Assembly (NCBI GenBank): GCA_965207455.1
Contig: CBDBMJ010000001.1
Coordinates: 1,664,001-1,728,000, forward strand
Source of the DNA: Bdellovibrionota bacterium
GTDB lineage: Bacteria > Bdellovibrionota > UBA1018 > CAIPTA01 > JAALKR01
Reading direction: 5' to 3'
Length of the DNA: 64,000 nt
Shown one piece after another: positions 46,593-57,240 of this stretch. Under the pieces are notes generated by a model. It was not told the origin of the DNA and searched no databases. It saw only the letters and a program-made list of their open reading frames with translations. The stretch's first letter is position 1. The number at the start of each line of letters is the position of its first letter. A program made the position numbers and the translations under genes.

Positions 46593-49019
46593 TCAAGGGG
46601 ATATGGTGCTATTTGCATCCCCTAAATTAACAAATAAAAGGTTATTTCCCATTTCGTTTGAGTTATCTCCAATATTTCGGGTGTTACTCAGCCCAAGTTG
46701 CCCATTATTATTATAGCCCCAGCATTTGATGCGTTTCCTTAGAATGGCACAAACTTGATAGCCACTGGCTGTTAGTGTATCTATGCTATACGGGATCCCG
46801 TTATCTTGATTATTTTCTGTGCCCAGGTCAATAAAATCAAGATTGTTGCCCATTTGGTTGGCTTGATCACCAATATTTTGAGTGTTACCAAGACCAAGCT
46901 GCCCATATTGATTTTGTCCCCAGCACTTAAGCTTTCTATTGATTAGGGGGCTAGTAATAGTCGAGCAAGTATGATTGGCTCCAGCGATAACCATATTTGC
47001 AATGTAGTAGTTACTGTCTTGTGAGCCTATGTCTATAAAAGAAAGGTTATTGCCCATTTCGTTAGCCTGATCACCAATATTTTGATTATCGCCCTGATTA
47101 TTGCCTATCCCCAGTTGTCCATAGTTATTTCTTCCCCAACACTTAATTCGAGAGCTTGTTTGTGAAACGCTTAAAAGAGCACAGGTGTGATAGAGACCAG
47201 CAGTAAGTGCAATTACGGTGTATGGGATACTATTTTGTGATCCTAAGTCGACAAAACTCAAGTTATCGCCCATTTCATCGGCTTGATCGCCAATGCTTTG
47301 ACTATCACCTTGATTACTGCCTATTCCAAGTTGTCCGTAGTTGTTTCTTCCCCAGCATTTAGCTTGCTTGTTTCCTGAATTATTTAGAATAGCACAAGTG
47401 TGGTAAACACCAGAGGCCATGGAATCTACTGTATAGTGTGTACTATTTTCCAGCCCCAAGTTTACGAAGTCGAGATTGTTACCCATTTCATTATCTTGGT
47501 CGCCAATACTTTGATTATCACCTTGATTGTCTTCGTTTCCAATTTGACCATATTGATTCTGTCCCCAGCATTTAACTCTCCTGTTATGAGATTCACTGCT
47601 CACAATAGCGCAAGCATGGTAAGCAGCAGTGGAGATTTGATTTACAGTGTAGTGAACACTATTTTCTATGCCCAGATCAATAAAGTGAAGGTTATCGCCC
47701 ATTTCATTGGCTTGGTCGCCAATACGTTGGTCGTCATTATTTGAGTTATTTTTTCCTAGTTGGCCATTACCATTATCTCCCCAACACTTAATTCTATTAT
47801 TACTGAGAAGAGCGCAATTATAATAAGCACCTGAAGAAATACTAATCGTGGCAAGGGGATCATTGCTCTCTGTTCCCAGATTAATAAAATTAAGGCTGTT
47901 ACCCATTTCACTAGACTGGTCGCCAAGGTTTTCAGTTATACCTACGCCAAGTTGTCCGTATTGGTTATCGCCCCAGCATTTTACCAAATCATTATTTATT
48001 TTTGCACAGGTATGGGACCAGCCACTGGAGATTTCAGATGGGTAAATAGTGTTTAAAATATATACTATTGCCAAGGAGGAGCAAGTAGATTCATTTTTAA
48101 CCCAATCTGTTTGTTTTGTGTAGTAAGCATACCTGCCATCGAGAGTAATTGCAGAAGAGAGAGAGAAGCTTATTGTTTCACTGGATATGCTAAAGGATTC
48201 TAATTCATTTGAGCAGGCACGATCTGAATAAATAGCAGCACTCCCACCTAAATCCAACATAGATAGAGTAAAAGCTGGGTTTCTTTCTTGAGAGGGAGAG
48301 GGCGTGTTTAGTTGAAGAGAAGGAGGAAGGGGTGGTGTGGTGTCCAAATCATATTCAAGTGCTGTTAGAGAGCATTGGGATATATTCCCAAATCTATCGA
48401 CTTGTTGAAAATGATAATAATGAAGAGCATCTTCAGTGATAGGGTTGGCCAACTGGAGGTTGATTTCCGTTGAATCCACCACTTGAGATTTCAACTCATT
48501 GGAGCAAGCGCTGTCCGAATAAATACTTACAGTTGACTTTCTTTCTAGGCCAGAGATTTGAAAAAAGGGGTTATTATTGTTAGATGGACTGAGGTTGGAG
48601 GGACTCAATTGAAAGACAGGTACTGAAGCGACTGTATCCAACGTGTAGGTAATATTTATGTATAGGCATGATGATGGATCTCGAGAGTTTATAATATAAA
48701 AATTATAACCACCATCTGAGAGTTCTTCCAAAACAAGTTCACCATTTCTTCGAGCAGTTCCTATTTTGGAACCGGTGCAATCATCTCTGGTGAAAAACTC
48801 TACGACTGAGCCGGGCCCTATATCTTCAATTCTAATTCTGGGGTATTCATTAGACGGAGAACTATTTACTAATGTATAAGTTGTATTGTAAATAATTTCA
48901 GGGCTGTCCTCTGTTAATATTATCCGCACTGCTTTTTTTATATTTCCACAGCCAAGAACTGAAATTGCTAATAGAATTATTGAAACTTTAAAGAATAGTT
49001 CCAATTTATAAAAATGCAT
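46593..49019 (-). CDS. Lipoprotein with about three Ig-like domains and an RCC1/BLIP-II-like propeller
   Basis: Lipobox VLGC; repeats H.CA...KCWG.N.YGQLG...IGD..NEMG.NL.F.DLG. Confidence 0.88.
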   Translation of the reverse strand: MHFYKLELFFKVSIILLAISVLGCGNIKKAVRIILTEDSPEIIYNTTYTLVNSSPSNEYPRIRIEDIGPGSVVEFFTRDDCTGSKIGTARRNGELVLEELSDGGYNFYIINSRDPSSCLYINITYTLDTVASVPVFQLSPSNLSPSNNNNPFFQISGLERKSTVSIYSDSACSNELKSQVVDSTEINLQLANPITEDALHYYHFQQVDRFGNISQCSLTALEYDLDTTPPLPPSLQLNTPSPSQERNPAFTLSMLDLGGSAAIYSDRACSNELESFSISSETISFSLSSAITLDGRYAYYTKQTDWVKNESTCSSLAIVYILNTIYPSEISSGWSHTCAKINNDLVKCWGDNQYGQLGVGITENLGDQSSEMGNSLNFINLGTESNDPLATISISSGAYYNCALLSNNRIKCWGDNGNGQLGKNNSNNDDQRIGDQANEMGDNLHFIDLGIENSVHYTVNQISTAAYHACAIVSSESHNRRVKCWGQNQYGQIGNEDNQGDNQSIGDQDNEMGNNLDFVNLGLENSTHYTVDSMASGVYHTCAILNNSGNKQAKCWGRNNYGQLGIGSNQGDSQSIGDQADEMGDNLSFVDLGSQNSIPYTVIALTAGLYHTCALLSVSQTSSRIKCWGRNNYGQLGIGNNQGDNQNIGDQANEMGNNLSFIDIGSQDSNYYIANMVIAGANHTCSTITSPLINRKLKCWGQNQYGQLGLGNTQNIGDQANQMGNNLDFIDLGTENNQDNGIPYSIDTLTASGYQVCAILRKRIKCWGYNNNGQLGLSNTRNIGDNSNEMGNNLLFVNLGDANSTISP

Positions 49020-49426
49020 TAACCAGAATCCTCCTTGATTGATGGTCTTACTGGTAACTTAATTAGGTGTTATGGATGCTAATATTAATTTTATCTCATT
49101 ATGACCCATAGTTACAGCAATTTATGAAAATTGATTGTAGAGTGTTTTTTATTTACAATAAATTAAATTTGTTTAAACGAATTAAAGTAAATGGAATTTA
49201 TTTTGGCCAAGGCACAGTAGATTTCGTAAACAAATCCTTTGCATAAAATTATGATAGATGGGGTAGCGGAGGGAGGGGCAAGAGTGTACAGCAAAATATA
49301 TGGGAGAACTTCCAGGCGTGATTCCTACGAAACAGCAACTGCGAGGAAGGAAACGCTTAATTTTTCATAATTTCTACAAGTTTTCTTCTATTTTTCCCTG
49401 TTTTTGGTATAAGATTAGGGAAGAAT

Positions 49427-49502
49427 TCAGGTGTAGCTCAGTTGGTAGAGCAGGTGACTGTTAATCACCGGGTCACAGGTTCGAGTCCTGTCACCTGAGC
49501 CA
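49427..49502 (+). tRNA. tRNA-Asn(GTT)
   Basis: 76-nt cloverleaf: TCAGGTG/CACCTGA acceptor stem, GGTGA-CTGTTAA-TCACC anticodon arm, GTTCGAG T-loop, encoded CCA. Confidence 0.98.
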
Positions 49503-50461
49503 ATACGCAGCGTCATTTTTAACAAAATCAGATAATTCAAAAAAGATAGAAAAAACAGAATAAAAACAACAACTTTGGTTAGATAATGAAGAAAGTTCGT
49601 AGAAGGCAAATTCACACGAAATCAGGTAAAATCAGCCCAAATCAGGGGCGTTTTATGATTCTTGTGTGATTCTAATGTGTGATTATTTAAATAGCATACA
49701 TTAGCAAAAAGGTCAGTTGTATCTTTGCTTGTTAGAGTCTCCCATTTTTTTTTAAAACAAAACAATAAGGAGGTAATTATGTACAGACTACAAACTAATA
49801 ATCATAACCATACTGCTCGATCTCAGTATTGAGTAGCAGCTCGGCACTTGATGGTTGCCTTGAAACCAAGGATTGCCTTGTGAGGCTCAGAGAGTACCGC
49901 AGGCAACTTTTAAAGGTAGAATGGAAGCCCCATACATTATAAATGAGAAATTCGACCCAGAGTGGGCAAAATAGAACCTCTCAAGGCGTATTGATGACTT
50001 AACTTGAAATGCCCTTGCTTATCTCATGCGTGGGAAAGGCAGGGGCATCTACAAGGGAAAGGGAAGTTTAGACTCTTGGCTGTCGCTATTTATCTTCACA
50101 GCAAAAATGGAGAAGGCTCACTTTTCTACACTACTTGAGGAGACTCTGCTCCTGTCTAGTCCATTTAAAAAACAAGCACTAACTGACTCGGAGCAAATTT
50201 TCCGCAAACTAAGTAAATTAGAAATAGTCAATGAAGATACAAAATGGCAAATTGCCATGACCCTAGAGGCTATCCTGAAAGAAATTGCAAGGATGGGTAC
50301 CTGATTTTGCCCAAGATAGCTTAAGTATCCCAGTAGCAAGATACATTCCTCAAAATTCTCTTTTTGCTGAAACAGTTTAATTTCCTTGGTGGCTGTGTTA
50401 TTGTTTATTTCCTCAAGTAATACATTCTTTTATATACATATGTTTTTAATTAAGGGTTACT

Positions 50462-51486
50462 TTGATGACAGATGAAAACAATAATCTTCGAAGAGCAATA
50501 TTTTTCGATACAAGCATATTTCATAAGTTAATAGGAAATATGCTTTTCTTAGAAAATTTCACCAAAGATTTCTCAGATAAATATGGGCGAGAAAATTTTT
50601 ATGCTGAGACCACGCCATTCATGCTACTTGAGTACCTTGGTGTAAAGATTCCAGAATTTGACGAAAGCGATGTAGTTAACTTAAATAAAATAAAATCCAT
50701 TGCAAAAAATCTTAACTCGTTAAAAAAGAAAAAAAATAAAAAATCATATAACGATGAAATAAAAAAACTGAAAGACTACATTCTTCAATCGGCAGAAAAA
50801 AATATTCAGAAGCAACCGCATTATCACCTGATAGTTTGATGCAAAAAAGAGAGAAATTAAAAGAAATGTCAGGTAAGAATATAGGTAAGAATTTTTTTAA
50901 TATGATGATTGACAATAAATTTGAATCGAAAATAAGCGATAACTATATTCAATTAAATCTTGCAATGGATTTTTACTCTCGATTCAACTACGAAGAATAT
51001 TTTAATGAAGAGATTACCGCTCGTATGCGAGTAGAAATGATAGGTGTTTTATTTTATAATTACCACTATATGAAAAATAATATCTCTCAATTTAGAGCTA
51101 TTCTATATCTTGCTCATGGAGTGGACCGTAAACGAAAAAGTCAAGGACTCCCTCTTTCTGAAGACAAAAATGAAAGGAGTATTTTCCGATCGCTTCAGGG
51201 CTTTAAAAAATATCGAGACCTTGTCGATTTGGATATAATTCAATTTGCGTGCCTTGGCGCATTTGATCAGTTCAATAAACTGTTGCCAGCAACTATAGTG
51301 GCATCAGTCTGCGAGGAAAAATCAATAAAAGAAAGAATAAGGTTATTTAAAAAAGCATTGAAAAGTATCAATAATTTAGATGGATTGACGTATGAAAAAA
51401 TAGAATTTTTAAATGGAGAGGTTATTTTTGTAAATTTTAGCAATGGCCATATAAAGAGGATAATAAATGTATCTGATGTCAACTAA
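50462..51486 (+). pseudogene. PIN-like protein split by a -1 frameshift (50462-50839 and 50836-51486)
   Basis: N-terminal IFFDTSIF and a later DLVDLD acidic motif; the second frame is open from 50758 across two A7 runs. Confidence 0.55.
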
Positions 51487-51536
51487 CACAAGCATTAGGC
51501 TCTTTGCTGATATTGAAAGTTTAAAGATTTAAAATA

Positions 51537-52295
51537 ATGAATAGCCTCTTCGATGAAAAAAATGAATTTCAAAATAATTACGCTTTATTTGTTGATTTGT
51601 TAGGCTTCTCAACAAAGCTGGCAGAAGTGGGAAAAGACCCAGAAAATTGGGGAAAATCCAGAGAAATAAAAGTTTTAATAGGAAAGCTCAGCTCTATTGG
51701 AGCTATTATATGTGAAAGGGAAAAAGGAATTTCTGGGTTCTATTTCAGCGATTCATTACTTTTAGTAGGTAATGAACCTAATGTTCTTTTTAAGTGTGGA
51801 AGACTAATTTTTCAAACAATTCATTATTTTAAATCTTTAAACTTTCAACTAGTACCAATAAGGGCTGCTATGACAAAGGGACCGTTAATCACTATCCCAG
51901 TTGAGTGTCAAACCGATAATTACCATCCAATGCCAATTACTGGCACAGGAATAGCAAAAGCTCATCATTTAGAAAAAATGGGCAGAAAGGGTATGACGTT
52001 TTATATTACTGAGTCAGTTAAATGTGACCTGAGAAATTCAGACCATATATGCGAAGAACCAGAAGGCTATATTACTATTCTACAACAGTTAGAAAATTTT
52101 TATGAAATAAACTGGCTCGATAAAGAATATTTGGATCAAACAATAGGGTTCCTATCTCTTTCAATAGCAGAGATATTGCCCTCTATTGCAAATAATTACA
52201 AAAAAAGTGAGAACCGTTATGAACAACAAATAGGAATCTCTATTAGTCAAAATATCTCTCGAGTTAATTCAGGAAAGTGCTCATCCTTAAGCTAA
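51537..52295 (+). CDS. Class III nucleotidyl-cyclase-like protein
   Basis: LFVDLLGFS, YFSDSLL, IRAAMTKG, G.GIAKAHHLE, YITESV. Confidence 0.65.
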   Translation: MNSLFDEKNEFQNNYALFVDLLGFSTKLAEVGKDPENWGKSREIKVLIGKLSSIGAIICEREKGISGFYFSDSLLLVGNEPNVLFKCGRLIFQTIHYFKSLNFQLVPIRAAMTKGPLITIPVECQTDNYHPMPITGTGIAKAHHLEKMGRKGMTFYITESVKCDLRNSDHICEEPEGYITILQQLENFYEINWLDKEYLDQTIGFLSLSIAEILPSIANNYKKSENRYEQQIGISISQNISRVNSGKCSSLS

Positions 52296-52836
52296 AACTA
52301 TTGATCTGCCCTAACACAGAGAGCCGACTATAATTTTGTATTGACCATTTCTACCCAAGCACGTTAAAGCTATTTATTTTGCCTGAAGCCCAGTCAAATT
52401 ATTACTACAACCTTCATGTTAGTTCTCTTTATCGGATTCTTGCTTATAGATGATTAAAATGAGTATTTTATTAATCTCTTGGAGATCCTCTTGGAGAGAC
52501 AGGTCTTTAGGAAGTCTGTACTGTTTAAAATTCTTCTTCGTTATGGCAGTGAGACTTTCTTAACTTAATTTCTTCAGTAATTGACCTTGGTCGGTTAAGT
52601 TTACTGGCGAACAAGCGGAATTTTCCCTTGGACCAATCTTTTAGATGGTCCAGAGGTACGTTATTTAAGTGATAGCGTTTGATCTAGTTACCAGTAGCAC
52701 AGGTTTCTCCAAGAATATCACTTACACTATTAGAACAAGTGAACGCAATATTAGAATTAGCTCTTAAAGAAACACATTCACTGCCAACCTCCAGTCAAAA
52801 GATACAAATTAATTCAAAATTTTTATATTTCCATCC

Positions 52837-55764
52837 TTATTGTGAGACAGTACAATCCTTGCTCAAAATAGGGGTGGCACTACATTTTATAACAAGGTTA
52901 TTTTTTGTACCATAAAATGTGTTCATTTTATTTGTCACACTACCAACATTCCATGTTCTTAAATCAAGAGAGGTTAAACCAGAAGAACGAAACATATCAC
53001 GCATATTCGTCACTTTAGCGGTATTAAAATGAGATACATCAAGGGAAGCTAAACTTATAGTATTATTAAACATATTACTCATATCTGTCACTTGAGAGGT
53101 GTCTGTGATGCCAGCAGTAAATTCAGTGAGTTGCGTGCAACCATCGAAAGCGGATTTCAAATTTTTCCAGCCCATTATTCCAAGATTTTCTACTTTGATA
53201 ATTTTATTTCTATCTCCTTCATTATTAAAATACCAAACTGGCAATATTCCTGTTATTTTAATTGTGTAGTCTCTTGCATTTGCATAGGTGTGAGTAACAT
53301 TATTACTATAAGCAGTAACAGTTTCTTTAGATCCATCACCCCAATAAACATCGAAATCGTATACAAAGTTATTTCCATTTCCATCATTCTCTCTTAGAGG
53401 AAGAGTGACCGTAAGATCTCCATTCCCAACTCTCCAAACAGACTGAAAAATTGCGCTGTCTAGTTCATAGCTTACTGTATTTGTGGAGCACTCTAAAATA
53501 TTACCAAAACTATCTGTTTGTTTTTCAGAATAAGAATAAGTGCCATCACTACCTAAAGCGGTAGATAGCTCTATATTCATGGTTCCTCTGATTACTTCAA
53601 TCGGACCTTGTACCAAGTTTCCACAATTATCATCAGAATATAAGTTGACAGTACTTCCAAGCTCTAAACCTTTGAGAAGAAAAACAGGAGTAGAATCGCC
53701 AGAAGGATTAGATGTTTTTAGTGATAAATTAGATGTAATACTGGTATCTAAGATAAAGGTATAGCTTATGGCAGCCACGCAGCGAGAAATATTTCCTGAT
53801 TTATCCACTTGTTTTGCATAATAGGTATAGGTTCCATCGACACTTAGAGGGGTATCTGTTTTTAATTCAATAAAGCCATCATCATCCGCTGTACCTGATG
53901 CCACTTTATCTACCTCCAAGCACTTATAATTGTTACGATCGCTGTATAGACTAACTAATGAACCACTTTCTGTGGAGATTGCAAAAATAGGTTCTGGATT
54001 ATTTGATGGGTTTCCGATTCTTTGAACTACCACTACCACTGGTGGTCGTGCAATTGTATCTATCTCATGGCTTAGACCATCGGAGCAGCTAGAATTGCCA
54101 GCTTTATCCACCTGTTTGGCATAAAAAGTATAAACAGCACTACCAATATAAGTTGACTGTAATTCAATAGAGCCAGAACTAGCTGTATTTGATGCTAGTT
54201 TGTTTGCCTCCAAGCACTCACTATCAGTGTGTAAGCTTACTTTTGCACCACCCTCTACACCAGAGATTACAAAAATAGGCCAGTTATTCTTTGATGGACT
54301 AGTGGTTCCTTCGGGTAACATTATCGTTGGTTTCGATATCTGTGTATCTAATTCATAACTTAGACCATCGGAGCAGCTAGAATTGCCAAGTTGATTTACT
54401 TGTTTTGCATAATAGTTGTATGCTCCATCGATATTTAAAGCAGTCTGTGTTGTTAATTCAATAGAATCACCATCATCATCAACTGTGCTTGATGCCACTT
54501 TGTTTGCCTCCAAGCACTCACTATCAGTGTGTAGGCTAATTGTTGCACCACTCTCTACACCTGAGACTACAAAGCTAGGTGCTGGATCATTTGATGGGCT
54601 AGTGGCTCCTTCGGCTAATAATACAGTTGGTTTCGATGCCTTTGTATCCAATTCATAATCCACACCTGCACTGGAGCAGTCAGAAATATTACCAGCTCTA
54701 TCCACTTGTTTTGCAAAATAGGTATAGGTTCCATCGGCACTTAGAGCAGTCTGTAGTGTTAGTGTAATAGAATCACCGGTAGCTGTGCCTGATTCTATAT
54801 TTGCCTCTGCACATTGATCATCAGTGTGTAAGCTAACTAGAGCACCATCTTCTACACCAGACACCACAAAACTAGGTGTTGTATTAATTGATGAGCTGCT
54901 GGTTCCTTGGGCTAATCCTATCGTTGGTGCGTTAGGAGCCGTTGAATCCAACTCATAATCCACACCTGCACTGGAGCAGTCAGAAATATTACCAGCTCTA
55001 TCCACTTGTTTTGCAAAATAGGTATAGGTTTCATCGATACTTAGAGCAGTCTGTAGTGTTAGTGTAATAGAATCACCGGTAGCTGTGCCTAATGCTACTG
55101 CCTCAGCACTGCACGCACTGTCTGTATGTAGACTAACTATTGCTCCAATTTCTATACTAGAAATAAGAAATCTGGGATTGGTATTGTCAGATGAAGGACT
55201 GGTGGTTCCTTCGGCAAATGCTATTGCTGGTTCTGCTGGCGCTAGCGTGTCTAAATGGTATTTTATTTCTAAGCAATCAAAGACCTCTGCCCCATTGGCG
55301 TGTTTTGCATAATAAGTATGTTCTCCATCATCAGTAATGGGATTTTTTAGCCCTACAGACACTTGACCATCTACCGGGGTTGAATCTGAACTCACTAATT
55401 CTCCAGCACATTCCTCCATTTCATGTAGGCTGACCGATGCTCCATCCCTCACATTGGAAAACTTAAAATCTGGTGATGAGTTCTTAGAGTAGTATATGCC
55501 CTCCTCAGGATTAATTCCTTCTATTTCGATAGCAAATTCAGGCGGCAAACTAGGAGTAAACGAATTAAAGGGCAACAAATTACTACCCGAATCGCTACTG
55601 CTACAACCAACAAGGGAAGCAAACAGTATAAACGGTATTATGTGGAGATTGAGGCTTTTACACGCCAATGTTCCACTGCTACATAGATTTTTTAAGACCC
55701 AACCTAAATACATATAAGATGAACTACAAAAAGTTCCGACCATTTTCACAAACAAGTTATTCAT
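52837..55764 (-). CDS. Surface lipoprotein with about seven tandem Ig-like domains and C-terminal BspA/DUF285 repeats
   Basis: Lipobox LVGC; ~100-aa repeats; FDVYWGDG, VTDMSNMF, FNTAKVTNMRDMF. Confidence 0.88.
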   Translation of the reverse strand: MNNLFVKMVGTFCSSSYMYLGWVLKNLCSSGTLACKSLNLHIIPFILFASLVGCSSSDSGSNLLPFNSFTPSLPPEFAIEIEGINPEEGIYYSKNSSPDFKFSNVRDGASVSLHEMEECAGELVSSDSTPVDGQVSVGLKNPITDDGEHTYYAKHANGAEVFDCLEIKYHLDTLAPAEPAIAFAEGTTSPSSDNTNPRFLISSIEIGAIVSLHTDSACSAEAVALGTATGDSITLTLQTALSIDETYTYFAKQVDRAGNISDCSSAGVDYELDSTAPNAPTIGLAQGTSSSSINTTPSFVVSGVEDGALVSLHTDDQCAEANIESGTATGDSITLTLQTALSADGTYTYFAKQVDRAGNISDCSSAGVDYELDTKASKPTVLLAEGATSPSNDPAPSFVVSGVESGATISLHTDSECLEANKVASSTVDDDGDSIELTTQTALNIDGAYNYYAKQVNQLGNSSCSDGLSYELDTQISKPTIMLPEGTTSPSKNNWPIFVISGVEGGAKVSLHTDSECLEANKLASNTASSGSIELQSTYIGSAVYTFYAKQVDKAGNSSCSDGLSHEIDTIARPPVVVVVQRIGNPSNNPEPIFAISTESGSLVSLYSDRNNYKCLEVDKVASGTADDDGFIELKTDTPLSVDGTYTYYAKQVDKSGNISRCVAAISYTFILDTSITSNLSLKTSNPSGDSTPVFLLKGLELGSTVNLYSDDNCGNLVQGPIEVIRGTMNIELSTALGSDGTYSYSEKQTDSFGNILECSTNTVSYELDSAIFQSVWRVGNGDLTVTLPLRENDGNGNNFVYDFDVYWGDGSKETVTAYSNNVTHTYANARDYTIKITGILPVWYFNNEGDRNKIIKVENLGIMGWKNLKSAFDGCTQLTEFTAGITDTSQVTDMSNMFNNTISLASLDVSHFNTAKVTNMRDMFRSSGLTSLDLRTWNVGSVTNKMNTFYGTKNNLVIKCSATPILSKDCTVSQ

Positions 55765-56015
55765 TATAAACCTCCTAAAAATTATTCTTCCAACTTACAC
55801 TTGTTAAAACGGTCGGAATCCGTAATACCTTTAGAGGTATTTTTATTATTTTTGTGAAACGGAGAGAATTTTCGTCACAGAAACAAGAAATAGTATTGAA
55901 AAACTCTTTGTTTGAATTCCAGTACCGTGTATGAAAAATAATTTGGAAAATAGGCTTTTCTGAGTAAAATAGTGGGATAAAAGCTCCTTGAGAGCCTCTA
56001 TTTGAGGGTTTTTCT

Positions 56016-56180
56016 TCACATCGGTGTGAACTTTTTAGGCATTTTCCTCACATCGGTGTGAACTTTTTTTCAATTTGTTCATTTTTTTATAATATTATAA
56101 ATATTTTCTGGTATTTCTTTATCACGTTATAAACTTTTTCGCTGTTTTCAGCGTTTTCTTTATCACGCTATAAACTTTTT
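56016..56180. repeat. Two pairs of direct repeats (iteron/operator-like)
   Basis: TCACATCGGTGTGAACTTTTT at 56016 and 56048; TTTCTTTATCACG(T/C)TATAAACTTTTT at 56114 and 56155. Confidence 0.85.
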
Positions 56181-56271
56181 GATTAATTCCTTTTTTATCT
56201 CTTTACAAGATAGACTTTTTAAGCGAATTTCTTAAAAATTGGCAAGAGTATAAATAAAAGAGGAAGAAGAA

Positions 56272-57098
56272 ATGAGTAAGCAATTAAGAGTAATTTTATC
56301 CGATAAGGCATCGGAGGGGAATTTGGATATTCTTGAGCAGTTAATAGAACAATAAAGGTGGTTGAAATGGTTGATAGATATAAAAATCTAAACGTAGCCT
56401 ATACAAGAAGCTGGGAAGTTGTGCGTCTTTTACATTTATATGCTTTAACCCCTTTATTCATCATACAACATCTAATTCAGATAGACACTAAGTGTGAAAA
56501 ACTTAGAGGTGTATTGTTGCGGCTTTTGAAGAAGAATTTTATTTCCAAATGTGTCAGGAAATTGACTGCATTGAGAGAAATTTATTATCAAAAAACTAGT
56601 TGTGAAATAACTTTGAAGCTAGTGGCTAAATCTATGAAAGTATATGTTAATGAGCTAAAACTGCCATATTTTAAGAGAGCCAAACTATTACTATTAAGTT
56701 TTCAAGAGAAAGATATTTATCCAGACCTGCTGCTAGTTTTTCCAAAAAAAGATATAAATCCAAGCGTTGGTGTTGCTGTTGAAATCGAAAGAACGAGGAA
56801 AAGCTCGAAAAGATTGCTAAAGAAAATTTCAAAATATACTAACCGAACTTTAATTGACGGTGTGCTTTATGTTTGCGAAAAGGAAAACATTTCTAGCATT
56901 ATAATGGGCATTTATAAATCAAAAGTGATGCTTAAAAGTTACAGAATACAGCACTATGAAAAGAATTTTCTTGCGCTTTTTTACTCGATTTGCGCAAACA
57001 AAACTCCTAATGACGAAATGTTTAATGGTGATTCTAAGAGCATTTTATTTCCCAATTGGATGAAGTATTTAAGGGAGGTTAGTCACCATGAACGTTAA
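56272..57098 (+). pseudogene. Decayed replication-relaxation-like (wHTH plus PD-(D/E)XK) gene
   Basis: PDLLL...VAVEIERTRKS..R...Y...DGVLYV; the upstream frame MSKQLRVILSD... stops at 56356. Confidence 0.55.
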
Positions 57099-57240
57099 GA
57101 TATTAGCATTTGTTCGGCTTAAAATCCCTGGAATAACTACTTGTGACGTTTGGTCTAGGACATCCTGTCTTTTTACTGGTGTTTTAGAAGAGAGAAAAGC
57201 ATTGATTATTGAATATAATTAGTACTTTAGGAAATCCAAA

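Noticed and set aside
46593..48040. DNA repeats in the RCC1 genes as a separate repeat element
   Set aside because: Fully explained by protein propeller repeats
49427..49615. 62-aa minus-strand ORF
   Set aside because: Antisense shadow of tRNA-Asn
49765..50304. Strong SD with a 17-codon ORF at 49779, and the ORF at 50026-50304
   Set aside because: All frames are interrupted and show no recognisable motif; probably decayed island sequence. The hairpin at ~50009-50048 cannot be assigned
56016..56180. Short repeats as a mini-CRISPR
   Set aside because: Two different repeat pairs with 11-15 bp spacers; no cas genes
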